DNA from: Alphaproteobacteria bacterium
GTDB lineage: Bacteria > Pseudomonadota > Alphaproteobacteria > MPNO01
Assembly: GCA_965248835.1 (NCBI GenBank)
Contig: CBDFLJ010000002.1
Location: 2,432,001 to 2,496,000, forward strand
DNA: 64,000 nucleotides
Direction of reading: 5' to 3'
The position numbers and the translations under genes were made by a program. Shown piece after piece: positions 47,112-57,236 of this stretch. Within the stretch, counting starts at the first letter, position 1; every line of letters begins with the position of its first letter. The notes below the pieces were generated by a model, which was not told the origin of the DNA, made no database searches, and was given only the letters and a program-made list of their open reading frames with translations.

Positions 47112-48227
47112 ATGACCCCGACCGGATCGTCCTCGGAACAGCTTTCCGCGCTCGCATCGTTCCCGATCCGCGATGACCTCACGGCCGCCTATGAGCGCGC
47201 GTGGCAGCACTTGGCGCGACCGGGAACATGGTGGGACGCGGAGCGAAGGCTGGCGATCGCCGCGGAGACCCGCAACGCGCTTGCCTGCCGGTTGTGCCGC
47301 GATCGGGCAGATGCGGTCTCGCCCTTTGCCGTCGACGGCGTCCATGACGAACGCGGCGCGCTGCCCGCGCCGGTGGTCGAGGTCGTCCATCGGATCCGCA
47401 CCGATTCCGGGCGGTTGAGCGAGGCGTGGTGCCGGCAAACCCTGGCGAACGGCCTTTCCGAGATGGAATATGTCGAGACCGTCGCCGTCATATCGATCAC
47501 CACCGCACTGGACACCCTGGCGAAGGGCCTGGGCATTCCGCCGCGCACCCTGCCGGGTCCCGAAGCCGGCGATCCGACCCGCCACCGCCCCGCGAAGGCA
47601 CGCAAGGCGCTCGCCTGGGTGGCAACGCTGGAGCCCGAGGACGTGGCCGAGGACGACCCGGACCCCTATCCCGGCAAGACGCTCGATCTCATTGCCAACA
47701 TCCACCGCGCGATGAGCCTGGTGCCGGCAGAGGTCGCCGCGTTCTTCGCGCTCGATGACGTCATCTATGTGCCGCAATTCGCGATGAAGGATTTTTCACG
47801 CGAGTACCGCGCGATCAGCCACGCCCAGATGGAGCTGCTGGCCGCCCGGGTCTCGCTGATCAACCGATGTACCTATTGAACGGCCGGCCACGCGATGCTG
47901 CTCCGTGAGAGCGGCCGAATAGCCGGGCGGGATTACACGATGGACGGCGTCAAGGGGACCGAAGGCGAAGACGGCGGCATCCCGCACGGCGGTCGCTTGC
48001 TCGCCTTCGCCGAAGCCGTCATCGGCGGCGGCACCGCGCTCGACCGGGCCCGGACCGACCTCATCGAGGCGGTGGGCATCGAAGGATTCGTCGATGCCGC
48101 CGGTGTCGTGGCCTCGTTCAATTCGGTCGTCCGTATCGCGGATGCGACCGGCATCCCGCTGGAGAAGTTCAAGCGCGACCAGACCACCGATTTGCGCGCG
48201 GAACTCGGCATCGACGACTGGCACTAA
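47112..48227 (+). CDS. AhpD/alkylhydroperoxidase-related selenoprotein (UGA 47877-47879 read as Sec), 371 aa
   Basis: Two track ORFs in the same frame separated only by TGA plus 5 codons; joined sequence ELLAARVSLINRCTY-U-TAGH matches the AhpD CxxCxxxH motif; downstream hairpin; C-terminal FN.VVRIADATG. Confidence 0.85.
47897..47915 (+). promoter_or_regulatory. Bacterial SECIS-like hairpin
   Basis: GCUGCUC-CGUGA-GAGCGGC: 7-bp stem starting 18 nt after the UGA, with GU at the 5' side of the loop. Confidence 0.7.
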
Positions 48228-48258
48228 GCTGCATTGCACAAACCAAGGGAGGCTCTGC

Positions 48259-48984
48259 ATGGCCGAAATCGCGGTTCCTTACGAGCACGGAGGCAGGACG
48301 TTCGAGGGGATGCTGGTCTATGACGAAACCGTCACGGCAAAGCGTCCGACGATTTTGATGCAGCCCGACTGGCTCGGCGTCTGCCGCAATTCGATCGACA
48401 TGGCCCACGACGTTGCGGCCAAGGACTATGTCGTGATGATCGCCGACATGTTCGGCACCGGGTACGGCGCGCGCGAGAAGACCTTCGATGAACTGCTGAA
48501 GATCTCGCGCGAGGTCCGCGGCGACCTGCCGTTTCTGCTCGGCTGCGGCCCGGCCGCGGATGAGGCCCTGACCGCAGAAGCCAACCGTCTGGGCGTGATC
48601 GGTCCGGACAGGAAGGGCGCCATCGGCTATTGCATCGGCGGCGGCATCGTCCTGGAGCAGGCGCGCGCGGGCGCAGGCTTCGGGGGCACGGTGGTCTTCC
48701 ACGTCACCTTGCCCAACCCGGTCGAGCCGGACAGGGGGGCGGCCTTCAAGGGCCGCGTGCTGGTCTTCCACGGCTCGGCCGATCCGGTGACGCCGCCGGA
48801 GCAGATCGACGCGCTGGAAGCCGAGCTGACCGAGGCCAATGTCGACTGGCAGCTCATGATGTACGGCCACGCCAGCCACTCGTTCTGCGACAAGGGCGTG
48901 AACAACGAACTGCAGCGCTACGACGAGAAGCTGTGCAACCAGTCCTATCGGATGATGCGCGACTTCTTCTCGGAGATCTTTTGA
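48259..48984 (+). CDS. Dienelactone hydrolase family protein
   Basis: GYCIGG nucleophile, HG.ADP and HSF motifs; GGAGG RBS. Confidence 0.9.
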   Translation: MAEIAVPYEHGGRTFEGMLVYDETVTAKRPTILMQPDWLGVCRNSIDMAHDVAAKDYVVMIADMFGTGYGAREKTFDELLKISREVRGDLPFLLGCGPAADEALTAEANRLGVIGPDRKGAIGYCIGGGIVLEQARAGAGFGGTVVFHVTLPNPVEPDRGAAFKGRVLVFHGSADPVTPPEQIDALEAELTEANVDWQLMMYGHASHSFCDKGVNNELQRYDEKLCNQSYRMMRDFFSEIF

Positions 48985-49036
48985 TCCCGGCCGGGCCTGA
49001 CCAAGGCACCGCCCGGGATCCTCGAGGGTGTCCGCC

Positions 49037-50164
49037 CTAACGGGCGGCCATCGGCACCACCGCGCGCTGGTCGGCGCCGTCATAGGCGCTAAGCGGGCGG
49101 ATCAGCTTGTTCGCCGCGTTCTGCTCCAGGTAATGGGCGGCCCAGCCGGTGATCCGGCTCATCACGAAGATCGGCGTGAACATGTCGATGTCGAAGCCCA
49201 TCAGATAGTAGGCCGGGCCGGCCGGAAAATCGAGGTTGGGGTGGATGCCCTTCTCCTCGATCATCACCTTCGCCAGCCCATCCGCCATACGGGTCCAGGT
49301 ATCGTCACCCTTCCAGGCTGCGAGGTCTTCGAGGCACTTGCGCATCGTCGGCACGCGGGAATCGCCCGACTTGTAGACCCGGTGGCCGAAACCCATCACC
49401 AGCCGTTTGCCGGCGATCGCATCGCGCATCCACTGCTCGGCGGTCTCCGGATCGCCGATCTCCAGCATCATGTGCATCACCGCCTCGTTTGCCCCGCCAT
49501 GCAGCGGGCCCTTGAGCGAGCCGATGCCGCCGGTGATGGCCGAATAGATGTCCGACCGCGACGAGGCGATCACCCGCACGGTGAACGTTGAGGCGTTGAA
49601 GCTGTGCTCGGCATAGAGGATCAGCGAGGTGTCGAAGGCCTTGACCGCCTCGGGCGGCGGCACCGCGCCGAAGCACATGTTGAAGAAGTTCTCGGCCATG
49701 CTCAGTTCGGCGCGCGGGGCGATGCGTTCGAGCCCTTTGCGGAACCGGTAGTCGGTGGCGATCATCGTGGGGATCTTCGCGAGCATGTCCATCGCCCGGG
49801 AAAGGTCGGAATCGGCCGGCTCGCCGCCCCAGGCGGTCTCGGTTGTGCCGAGGTAGCTCACCGCGGTGCGGATCGTATCCATCGGGTGCGCATCCCGGGG
49901 GAAGCGCCCGATCACCGCGACATGGTCCTCGGAGATCTCCCGCCGGCCCGCCTCGTCGCGTTTGAAGGACGCGAGCTGTTCCGCATTCGGCAGCGCGCCG
50001 TGCCACAACAGGTAGGCCACCTCCTCGAACGAGCACGCCGCGCACAAATCCTGGACCGCATAGCCGCGATAGGCGAGCGAATTGGTCTCCGGCATCACCT
50101 TGGAGACGGCGGTGGTGTCGACGACCACGCCGTCGAGGCCCTTCTGGATCTCCGGTTGAGACAT
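49037..50164 (-). CDS. prpC: 2-methylcitrate synthase
   Basis: YAEHSFNASTF, GPLHGGANE, MGFGHRVY and PNLDF motifs; operon context. Confidence 0.93.
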   Translation of the reverse strand: MSQPEIQKGLDGVVVDTTAVSKVMPETNSLAYRGYAVQDLCAACSFEEVAYLLWHGALPNAEQLASFKRDEAGRREISEDHVAVIGRFPRDAHPMDTIRTAVSYLGTTETAWGGEPADSDLSRAMDMLAKIPTMIATDYRFRKGLERIAPRAELSMAENFFNMCFGAVPPPEAVKAFDTSLILYAEHSFNASTFTVRVIASSRSDIYSAITGGIGSLKGPLHGGANEAVMHMMLEIGDPETAEQWMRDAIAGKRLVMGFGHRVYKSGDSRVPTMRKCLEDLAAWKGDDTWTRMADGLAKVMIEEKGIHPNLDFPAGPAYYLMGFDIDMFTPIFVMSRITGWAAHYLEQNAANKLIRPLSAYDGADQRAVVPMAAR

Positions 50165-50167
50165 GCG

Positions 50168-51061
50168 CTAGACCTTGAAGTTGTAGAGGCTTTGGTCGAA
50201 GTGATTGTAATCCTCGTAGCGGACTACGCCATAAAGCTCCTTGCGGGTCTGCATGCGCTCCAGCAGCGAGGCCTGGGTCCCTTCGGCCGCCAGCGTCGCA
50301 AGCCCCTGCGCGACCCCGAACATCGCCAGCCTCAGCGTGGTGACGGGGTAGATCGCGATGTTGTAGCCGAGCGAGACCAGCTCGTCCCTGGTGAGCAGCG
50401 GCGTCTTGCCGAACTCGGTCAGGTTCGCCAGCAGCGGCACGTCGAATTCCTTGCGGAAGGCCTCGTATTCGACGTGCGTTGTCAGCGCTTCGGGAAAGAT
50501 CGCGTCCGCACCGGCATCGACATAGGCCTTGGACCGCTCGATCGCCGCCGACAGGCCTTCGGAAGCCTTCGAATCGGTTCGCGCCATCAGCAGGAAGTTG
50601 GGGTCGCGCCTGGCGTCGGCGGCGGCGCGGATCTTCCGGACCATCTCCTCGGTCGGGATGAGCGCCTTGTTGTCGAGATGACCGCAGCGCTTGGGGCTGA
50701 GCTGGTCCTCGATATGGCAGCCGGCGAGGCCGGCGGCCTCGATCTCCTGGACCGTGCGGGCGGCGTTCATCGCCTCGCCGAAGCCGGTATCGATGTCGAT
50801 GATCGCCGGCAGGTCGCTGACCCGGGCGATCTGCCGGCCCCGGAGAGCGACCTCGGGCAGCGTCGTCAGCCCGATGTCGGGCAGACCCAGATCGGCCGAC
50901 AGCGCCGCACCGGAGATATAGATGCCGTCGAAGCCATGCTCCTGGACCATCAGCGCGACCAGCGGCGAGAATGCGCCGGGCATCTGGAGCAGGCGGCCCG
51001 AGGCGAGCGCGGCGCGGAACGCGGCGCGTTTGTCCTCCGGTGTCTTCTTGGCAAACAGCAT
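50168..51061 (-). CDS. prpB: Methylisocitrate lyase
   Basis: YISGA, DIDTGFG, IEDQ..PKRCGH and ARTD motifs. Confidence 0.94.
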   Translation of the reverse strand: MLFAKKTPEDKRAAFRAALASGRLLQMPGAFSPLVALMVQEHGFDGIYISGAALSADLGLPDIGLTTLPEVALRGRQIARVSDLPAIIDIDTGFGEAMNAARTVQEIEAAGLAGCHIEDQLSPKRCGHLDNKALIPTEEMVRKIRAAADARRDPNFLLMARTDSKASEGLSAAIERSKAYVDAGADAIFPEALTTHVEYEAFRKEFDVPLLANLTEFGKTPLLTRDELVSLGYNIAIYPVTTLRLAMFGVAQGLATLAAEGTQASLLERMQTRKELYGVVRYEDYNHFDQSLYNFKV

Positions 51062-52569
51062 CAGAAGATCCCCCTGTCGTCGCGCTCCGCGTTGGCGAGC
51101 CCGGCCGGATCGACGGCGACGTTGAGTCCGCCCAGCGAAGCGGCGTCGAGATCGGGCAGTTGCTGGACCAGGTCGAGGAAGCGGCGCTGCTCGGCTTGCG
51201 TGACGATCCCGTCGGCCAGGGTCTCGAACTTGCCGACATAGTCGGCGCGCGCGAACGGCCGGGCACCGGCGGAATGGGCGTTCGCCCGGGCAAGCTCGTC
51301 GGTGATCGTCTCGCCGGTCGCCAGAAGGATCTCGATCCGGCCGCCGAAGGCCCGCCGATTCGGGTCGGGCTCGTGATAGCGCTGCGTCCAGGCGGGATCT
51401 TCGACGGTTTCGATCTTGTGCCACAGACGGACCGTATCCGCGCGCGCCGCGCGCTCGGGCGCGTAGGAACGGAGGTGATGCCATTCCCCGTCCTGGAGCG
51501 CGACCGCCAGGATGTACATGATGCTGTGGTCCAGCGTCTCGCGGCTTGCAGCCGGGTCCATCTTCTGCGGATCGCCCGCGCCGGTCCCGATCACGTAATG
51601 GGTGTGGTGGCTGGTGTGGAGCGTGATGCGCTCGACCGAATCGAAGTCGGCGATGCGCGCGCGCATCCGGAAGGCGAGGTCGACGATCGCCTGGCTCTGG
51701 TATTCGGCCGAATGCTCCTTGGTATAGGACTCCAGGATTGCCCGCTTGGGCTCGCCCGGGGCCGGCAGCGGCACCGTGTAATCGGCGTCCGGCCCGTCGA
51801 GCACCCTGGCGATCACGCTGTCCTCGCCCTCGTAGATCGGCGACGGCGCGCCCTCGCCCCGCATCGCGCGGTCGACCGCCTCGATGGCGAGCTTGCCGGC
51901 GTGCGCTGGTGCGAACGCCTTCCAGCTCGAGATCTCGCCCTTGCGCGACTGGCGGGTGGAGACCGTCACGTGCAGCGCCTGCTGGACGGCCTGGTAAACC
52001 CGCTCGGCCGGCAGGCCGAGCAGCGTGCCGATCCCCGCCGCCGCCGAAGGGCCGAGATGGGCGATGTGGTCGATTTTGTGGGCGTGCAGGCAGATGCCCT
52101 TGACCAGATCGATCTGGATCTCGTAGCCGGTCGCGATCCCGCGCACCAGGTCGCGCCCGCCACGACCGGTCTGCTGGGCGACCGCCAGGATCGGCGGGAT
52201 GTTGTCGCCGGGATGGGAATAGTCCGCGGCCAGGAAGGTGTCGTGGTAGTCGAGCTCGCGCACGGCGGTGCCGTTGGCCCAGGCCGCCCATTCGGCGGCG
52301 AACCGGCGCTCGCCAGCGATGCCGAAGACCGTCGCCCCGCCGTCCCGCGGATGGGCCACGGCCTGGGCGCGGGCCGCGGCGACCGGCGCGCGGTCGAGCG
52401 CGGCGACGGCGACCGCGGCGTTGTCGATGATCCGGTTGACGATCATCTCCTCGACCGCGGGCTCGACGTCGACCGGATCGGCCGCAACCGCGGCGATCTT
52501 CCAGGCGAGCTGATCCTCTCGTTCTAATGCATGTTTGGAAGGATAAACTCTAACCTTATGATTAATCAT
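51061..52569 (-). CDS. prpD: 2-methylcitrate dehydratase
   Basis: [21 protein letters not shown] and ISSWK motifs. Confidence 0.93.
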   Translation of the reverse strand: MINHKVRVYPSKHALEREDQLAWKIAAVAADPVDVEPAVEEMIVNRIIDNAAVAVAALDRAPVAAARAQAVAHPRDGGATVFGIAGERRFAAEWAAWANGTAVRELDYHDTFLAADYSHPGDNIPPILAVAQQTGRGGRDLVRGIATGYEIQIDLVKGICLHAHKIDHIAHLGPSAAAGIGTLLGLPAERVYQAVQQALHVTVSTRQSRKGEISSWKAFAPAHAGKLAIEAVDRAMRGEGAPSPIYEGEDSVIARVLDGPDADYTVPLPAPGEPKRAILESYTKEHSAEYQSQAIVDLAFRMRARIADFDSVERITLHTSHHTHYVIGTGAGDPQKMDPAASRETLDHSIMYILAVALQDGEWHHLRSYAPERAARADTVRLWHKIETVEDPAWTQRYHEPDPNRRAFGGRIEILLATGETITDELARANAHSAGARPFARADYVGKFETLADGIVTQAEQRRFLDLVQQLPDLDAASLGGLNVAVDPAGLANAERDDRGIF

Positions 52570-52683
52570 AAATTATTCCAATTGGGCAAGCGCCGTTTTG
52601 CGGGCACATCATAGCGCTTAGACCAGCCAACTCAAACGCCGGGCGACGTTGTGGCGCCCGGTGGAGTGTGATTAGGTGGCCCG

Positions 52684-53328
52684 ATGACGCCGAGCCATGT
52701 TCTTCGCCTGACGATCGACCGCCTGGCTCCGGGCGCGGCGATGACGGCGCCGCTGCCGGCGGCAATCCGGGCGTGCCATGTCGCCGAGGGCATGGCCTGG
52801 TTGCGCACCGGCGATGTTGCGGGCGCGCTGTCCGCCAACGCCGCCCTGTTCTCGACCGGCGGCCTCGAGGTGGAAGCCGGCAAGGACGGGGCGGTGATCC
52901 TGCGTTACGAGCTCCATCGCGCGGATGCCGCCGGCGCCGGCGCGCCGGTCCTGGAGGCCGGGCTCACGCTCGAGGATCCGGACGGCTATCTGTTGCGCTG
53001 CGACATGGTCGCTCTGCCGCCGGGCGGCATCGCCTATACCCACACCCATCAGGGCGGCGGGATCAGGTGCCTGCTGGAGGGCGGCTTCAACGTCGAGGTT
53101 GCCGGCAAGACCACCGCCATCGGCCCGCTGGAGGCCTGGTTCGAGGCCGGCCCCGACCCGGTCTACGCCCATGCACCCGAAGACAGGCCCGGCCGGTTCA
53201 GCCGGGTGATGATCCTGCCCCGCCGGCTCAAGGGCAAGAGCTCGATCCGCTATGTGAACCCCGAGGATGCGGACAAGCCGAAGCTTCAGACATACACGGT
53301 CTTTCTGGACGAGTTTATCGAGACATGA
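52684..53328 (+). CDS. Cupin-fold hypothetical protein
   Basis: HTHQG.GIR.LLEG and AWFE.GP.PV motifs; ATGA overlap with the next gene. Confidence 0.7.
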   Translation: MTPSHVLRLTIDRLAPGAAMTAPLPAAIRACHVAEGMAWLRTGDVAGALSANAALFSTGGLEVEAGKDGAVILRYELHRADAAGAGAPVLEAGLTLEDPDGYLLRCDMVALPPGGIAYTHTHQGGGIRCLLEGGFNVEVAGKTTAIGPLEAWFEAGPDPVYAHAPEDRPGRFSRVMILPRRLKGKSSIRYVNPEDADKPKLQTYTVFLDEFIET

Positions 53329-54995
53329 GCACCAATCTCAGGACCGGCGGCCAGATCCTGGTCGATGCGCTGCGCACCCACGATGTCGATACGATCTATT
53401 GCGTGCCGGGCGAGAGCTATATCGCCACGCTCGACGCCCTGTTCGATGCCCGCGATGCGATCCGCGTCGTGACCTGCCGCCAGGAGGGCGGGGCAGCGAA
53501 CATGGCCGATGCCTACGGCAAGATGACCGGCCGGCCCGGCGTCTGTTTCGTCACGCGCGGGCCGGGTGCGACGAACGCCAGCGTCGGCATCCATACCGCC
53601 CGCCAGGACTCCACGCCGCTGGTGCTGTTCATCGGCCAGGTCGCGCGGCCGATGGCAGAGCGCGAGGCGTTCCAGGAGATCGACTTCCGCCGCATGTTCG
53701 GCGAGATGACCAAGTGGACCGCCCAGATCGACGACCCGGGACGGATCCCCGAATACGTCAACCGCGCCTTCCGTACCGCGGTCTCCGGCCGGCCGGGCCC
53801 GGTCGCGCTCGCTCTGCCCGAGGACATGCAGACCGAGCGCGCCCAGGCCGAAGACGGGGCACGCTATCAGGAGGTCCAGGCCCATCCCGATCCCGCGGAT
53901 GTCGCCCGCTTGGCCGTGATGCTGGGCGAGGCCCGGCGCCCGCTGGTGCTGGTCGGCGGCGCCGGCTGGACCCAGGCCGCCTATGACGACCTGCATGCGT
54001 TTGCCGAGGCCAACGACCTGCCGGTGGCTGCGGCGTTCCGGCGCCAGGACCATTTCGACAACCGGCACCGGTGCTATGTCGGCATGGTCGGGCTCGGTCT
54101 CAACCCGCATCTCGCCGAACTGATCAAGGGCGCCGACCTGTTGATCGTCCTCGGCGCGCAGTTGGGCGAGATCATCACCCAGGGCTACACGCTGTTCGCC
54201 ATGCCCCGGCCGCGCCAGCGCCTGGTCCACGTCAGCGCCGGCGTCGCCGAGCTCGGCAAGGTCTATCAGCCCGAGCTTGCGATCAATTCCGGGATGCCGG
54301 CGATTGCCGCCGCCCTGCGCGCGCTTCCGGTCGTGGCCGAGCGGCCCTGGGCCGGGCTCAGAGCCGAAGCACGGGCCGCCTATGAAGATTTCAGCGCGCC
54401 CACGGATTCACCGGGCTCGCTCAACCTCGCCGCGGTGGTGCGCATGCTGGAAGGGCTGCTGCCCGAAGACGCGATCATCGCCAACGGCGCGGGAAACTTT
54501 TCGGTCTGGCTGCACCGGTTTCACCGCTACCGCGGCTTCCGCACCCAGCTCGCCCCACAGTCCGGGGCGATGGGCTACGGCGTGCCCGCCGGCGTCGCGG
54601 CGGCGATCCGCCACCCCGACCGCCAGGTGGTCTCCTGGTCGGGCGACGGCTGCTTCCTGATGAACGGCCAGGAGGTCTCGACCGCGGCCGCGAACCAGTG
54701 TCGAAATCTCGTCTTCCTGGTAGTCAACAACGGGACCTACGGCACCATCCGCATGCACCAGGAACGCCATTATCCGGAACGGGTGATCGCCACCGACCTC
54801 GCCAACCCCGACTTCGCGGCGCTCGCGCGCGCCTACGGCCTGCATGGCGAGACGGTCACCCGTACGGAAGAGTTCGAGGCGGCCTACGCGCGTGCGCGCG
54901 CGGCCGGAACCGCCTCCCTGATCGACCTTGTCGTCGATCCCGACGTGATCCTGCCGACGACAACGATTAGCGAGATTCGCCAGGCCGCGCGCTAA
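53325..54995 (+). CDS. Thiamine pyrophosphate-binding protein (acetolactate synthase-like)
   Basis: VPGESY, RQEGGA, TRGPG, GAMGYG and GDG...NN motifs. Confidence 0.92.
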   Translation: MSTNLRTGGQILVDALRTHDVDTIYCVPGESYIATLDALFDARDAIRVVTCRQEGGAANMADAYGKMTGRPGVCFVTRGPGATNASVGIHTARQDSTPLVLFIGQVARPMAEREAFQEIDFRRMFGEMTKWTAQIDDPGRIPEYVNRAFRTAVSGRPGPVALALPEDMQTERAQAEDGARYQEVQAHPDPADVARLAVMLGEARRPLVLVGGAGWTQAAYDDLHAFAEANDLPVAAAFRRQDHFDNRHRCYVGMVGLGLNPHLAELIKGADLLIVLGAQLGEIITQGYTLFAMPRPRQRLVHVSAGVAELGKVYQPELAINSGMPAIAAALRALPVVAERPWAGLRAEARAAYEDFSAPTDSPGSLNLAAVVRMLEGLLPEDAIIANGAGNFSVWLHRFHRYRGFRTQLAPQSGAMGYGVPAGVAAAIRHPDRQVVSWSGDGCFLMNGQEVSTAAANQCRNLVFLVVNNGTYGTIRMHQERHYPERVIATDLANPDFAALARAYGLHGETVTRTEEFEAAYARARAAGTASLIDLVVDPDVILPTTTISEIRQAAR

Positions 54996-55053
54996 CGCGG
55001 CGACCGACGGCGGCGGTGCCGGCGTGGGCCGGCGCCGATATTCGGTCAACGGA

Positions 55054-55887
55054 TCACTTTGAGAGCAGCGCGTTCATCTCCGGATGGAGGACCACACCCT
55101 CGGTGAAACCATAGGTCCCGGTATCCTTGAGCTCGCCGGCGATCCGGCGGGCAAGGGTGGCGAAGGCGAGCGACATCAGGCCGCCGATGCTCACCCGGGC
55201 GACCCCGAGCCCGGCCAGCACCGGGATCGGCGGCGAGACGCCGCTCGCCAGGACGTTGAGCGGTCCGTCGATCTCCTCGCACAGGGTGGAGATCGTCTCT
55301 GCATCCCGCGCGAAGGGCACGAACAGGCAATCCGCGCCGGCCGCGCGGTAGGCGTTGGCGCGCTCGATCGCCTCCGTGACGGCCTCGGGCCCCGTGCCGC
55401 CCTTGAGTAAGACATCGGTGCGCGCGTTGATCACCACGGGCACGCGCGCGGAATCGGCCGCTTCCCGGCCGGCGGCAATGCGCTCCGCCGCGAGCGTGCG
55501 GTCGATCAGCTTGGCTTCGCCCTCGAAGGCGCCGTCCTCGATGTTGAGCCCGACGGCGCCCGCCTCGATGGTCTCCCACACGGTCTGGGCGACCGCTTCG
55601 GGTGCGGTGCCGTAGCCCGCCTCCATATCGGCGGTGACCGGGACGTCGAGCGCACCGGCAATCCGGCGGACCATGGACAGCATTTCCTCACGCGAGATCA
55701 TCTGGCCGTCCGGATAACCCAGCAACCAGGCGACGCCGGCGCTGGACGTCGCGACCGCCCGGAAGCCGGCCTCGACGACAATCTTGGCCGAGCCGACGTC
55801 CGAAGCATTGGCAAGGACGAGGATCTCGCGGCCGTCATGCATGGCCTTGAAGGCAAGGGCCTTGTCGATCTGGTCCTGATTGGCCAT
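55054..55887 (-). CDS. Isocitrate lyase/PEP mutase family protein
   Basis: ATSSAG, D.EAGYG, NIEDG, NARTD and AGAD motifs; lacks the KxCGH loop. Confidence 0.9.
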   Translation of the reverse strand: MANQDQIDKALAFKAMHDGREILVLANASDVGSAKIVVEAGFRAVATSSAGVAWLLGYPDGQMISREEMLSMVRRIAGALDVPVTADMEAGYGTAPEAVAQTVWETIEAGAVGLNIEDGAFEGEAKLIDRTLAAERIAAGREAADSARVPVVINARTDVLLKGGTGPEAVTEAIERANAYRAAGADCLFVPFARDAETISTLCEEIDGPLNVLASGVSPPIPVLAGLGVARVSIGGLMSLAFATLARRIAGELKDTGTYGFTEGVVLHPEMNALLSK

Positions 55888-55895
55888 CGGTCCCC

Positions 55896-57224
55896 CTAAA
55901 ACCCGATCTCGGGCACCGGCCCGCCGGCGGCCATGCCCAGCACGCCGTCGATGACGGGTTGCGGATCGGCGAGGCCGCCGAAGCGCAGCAGATCGCGGGC
56001 CTTTTCCGCCATTTCGGCCGCATCGAGGGCCGCTTCGGGATCACCCTTGCATTCCGGTTTCCTGGCGGCGACCCGCCTGCCGTCGGCAAGCCTCACCGAG
56101 ACCTCGCCGCCCCAGGACGCGGGGTAGGCCGACTGGTAGGGCTCGCCCGCACCGACCCGAACCTTTGCGCGCAGGCCGGCCAGGCGCGCACGCGCCGCCA
56201 CCTCGAAGGACTCGAAGGTGACCTTGCCGTCGGCCAGCGCTGCGGCAACGCAGTGCTGCAGCGAGAACTTCCCCTCATAGGGCGAGGTCGGCGCGGCCCG
56301 GTCGCACACATCGACCGCGGCCTGGTAGGTGAGCGCTTCGATGTCGGCGACCGCGCCCGCTTCGACCTTGCCCGACAGATCGAGCGCGGCATCGATCACC
56401 GGATGGGTGTGGCGGCAGGCCGGCCAGGGCTTGATCGAGACCGCATGGACCTGCCAGGGCGCGTCCGGGTGGCGCAGCACCGCGCCCGGGTCCGGGTCCG
56501 GGCAGGCGCCGGCATAGAGGCCTTGCGGACCCTCGAGGATCGCCGGCGGGCCGGTGAACCCCGCCTGGGCGAGCTCGGCCGCGACCAGCCCCGCCTCGGC
56601 GGCCCGGCCGGCATGGAGATGCTTGCTCATCGCGCCGGTGTTGAGGAACTCCCACAGCCCGGCGGACTGGGTGCCTGCGTTGCCCAGCGCATGGACGGTC
56701 GCCTCATCGTCGAGACCGAGGACGGTCGCTGCGCCCATCGCCGCGCCGAACGGCCCGCAGGTCGCGGTGTTGTGCCAGACCTTGTAATGGGCCTTGCCGA
56801 CCGACATGCCGACCCGGCAGACCGCCTCGAAGCCGAACAGCACCGCGCGCAGGAATTCTTCGCCCGTCACCCCGGTCCGTTGCGCCAGGGCAAGGACGGC
56901 CGGGATCACCACGCAGCCCGGATGGCTGACCGAACCGCGGTGCAGGTCGTCGACCTCCAGCACGTGCATGCAGCCGCCCATCACCAGCGCCCGGCGGCCG
57001 GCATCGCTCTGGCGGTGCGCGCCCCACGCCTGCAGGATCCGGCCCGGCTCGGTCTGCCGGCCGGCCAGCATGTTGGCGACGCCGTCGAGCGTCACCAGCG
57101 CCATCGCCTCGAGATCGGCCGCGGCGACCGGCTTGGCGCGGATCAGATCGACCAGCCCGGCGGTGAGCGAGCGCGCTCGGGGTGAGATCTCTTCGACGAA
57201 TCGCGCGCCGGAGGCGCTGGTCAT
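55896..57224 (-). CDS. MmgE/PrpD family protein
   Basis: H.LE.DD.H, HPG, HNTATCG, K.LHAG and KPWPACRHTH motifs. Confidence 0.9.
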   Translation of the reverse strand: MTSASGARFVEEISPRARSLTAGLVDLIRAKPVAAADLEAMALVTLDGVANMLAGRQTEPGRILQAWGAHRQSDAGRRALVMGGCMHVLEVDDLHRGSVSHPGCVVIPAVLALAQRTGVTGEEFLRAVLFGFEAVCRVGMSVGKAHYKVWHNTATCGPFGAAMGAATVLGLDDEATVHALGNAGTQSAGLWEFLNTGAMSKHLHAGRAAEAGLVAAELAQAGFTGPPAILEGPQGLYAGACPDPDPGAVLRHPDAPWQVHAVSIKPWPACRHTHPVIDAALDLSGKVEAGAVADIEALTYQAAVDVCDRAAPTSPYEGKFSLQHCVAAALADGKVTFESFEVAARARLAGLRAKVRVGAGEPYQSAYPASWGGEVSVRLADGRRVAARKPECKGDPEAALDAAEMAEKARDLLRFGGLADPQPVIDGVLGMAAGGPVPEIGF

Positions 57225-57236
57225 TGCCGATTCCTG

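Noticed and set aside
47895-48227. Separate 110-aa hypothetical gene
   Set aside because: Better explained as the C-terminal part of the selenoprotein
48984-49020. GATCCCGG...CCGGGATC inverted repeat between convergent genes
   Set aside because: Long loop and no U-tract; too weak to call a terminator
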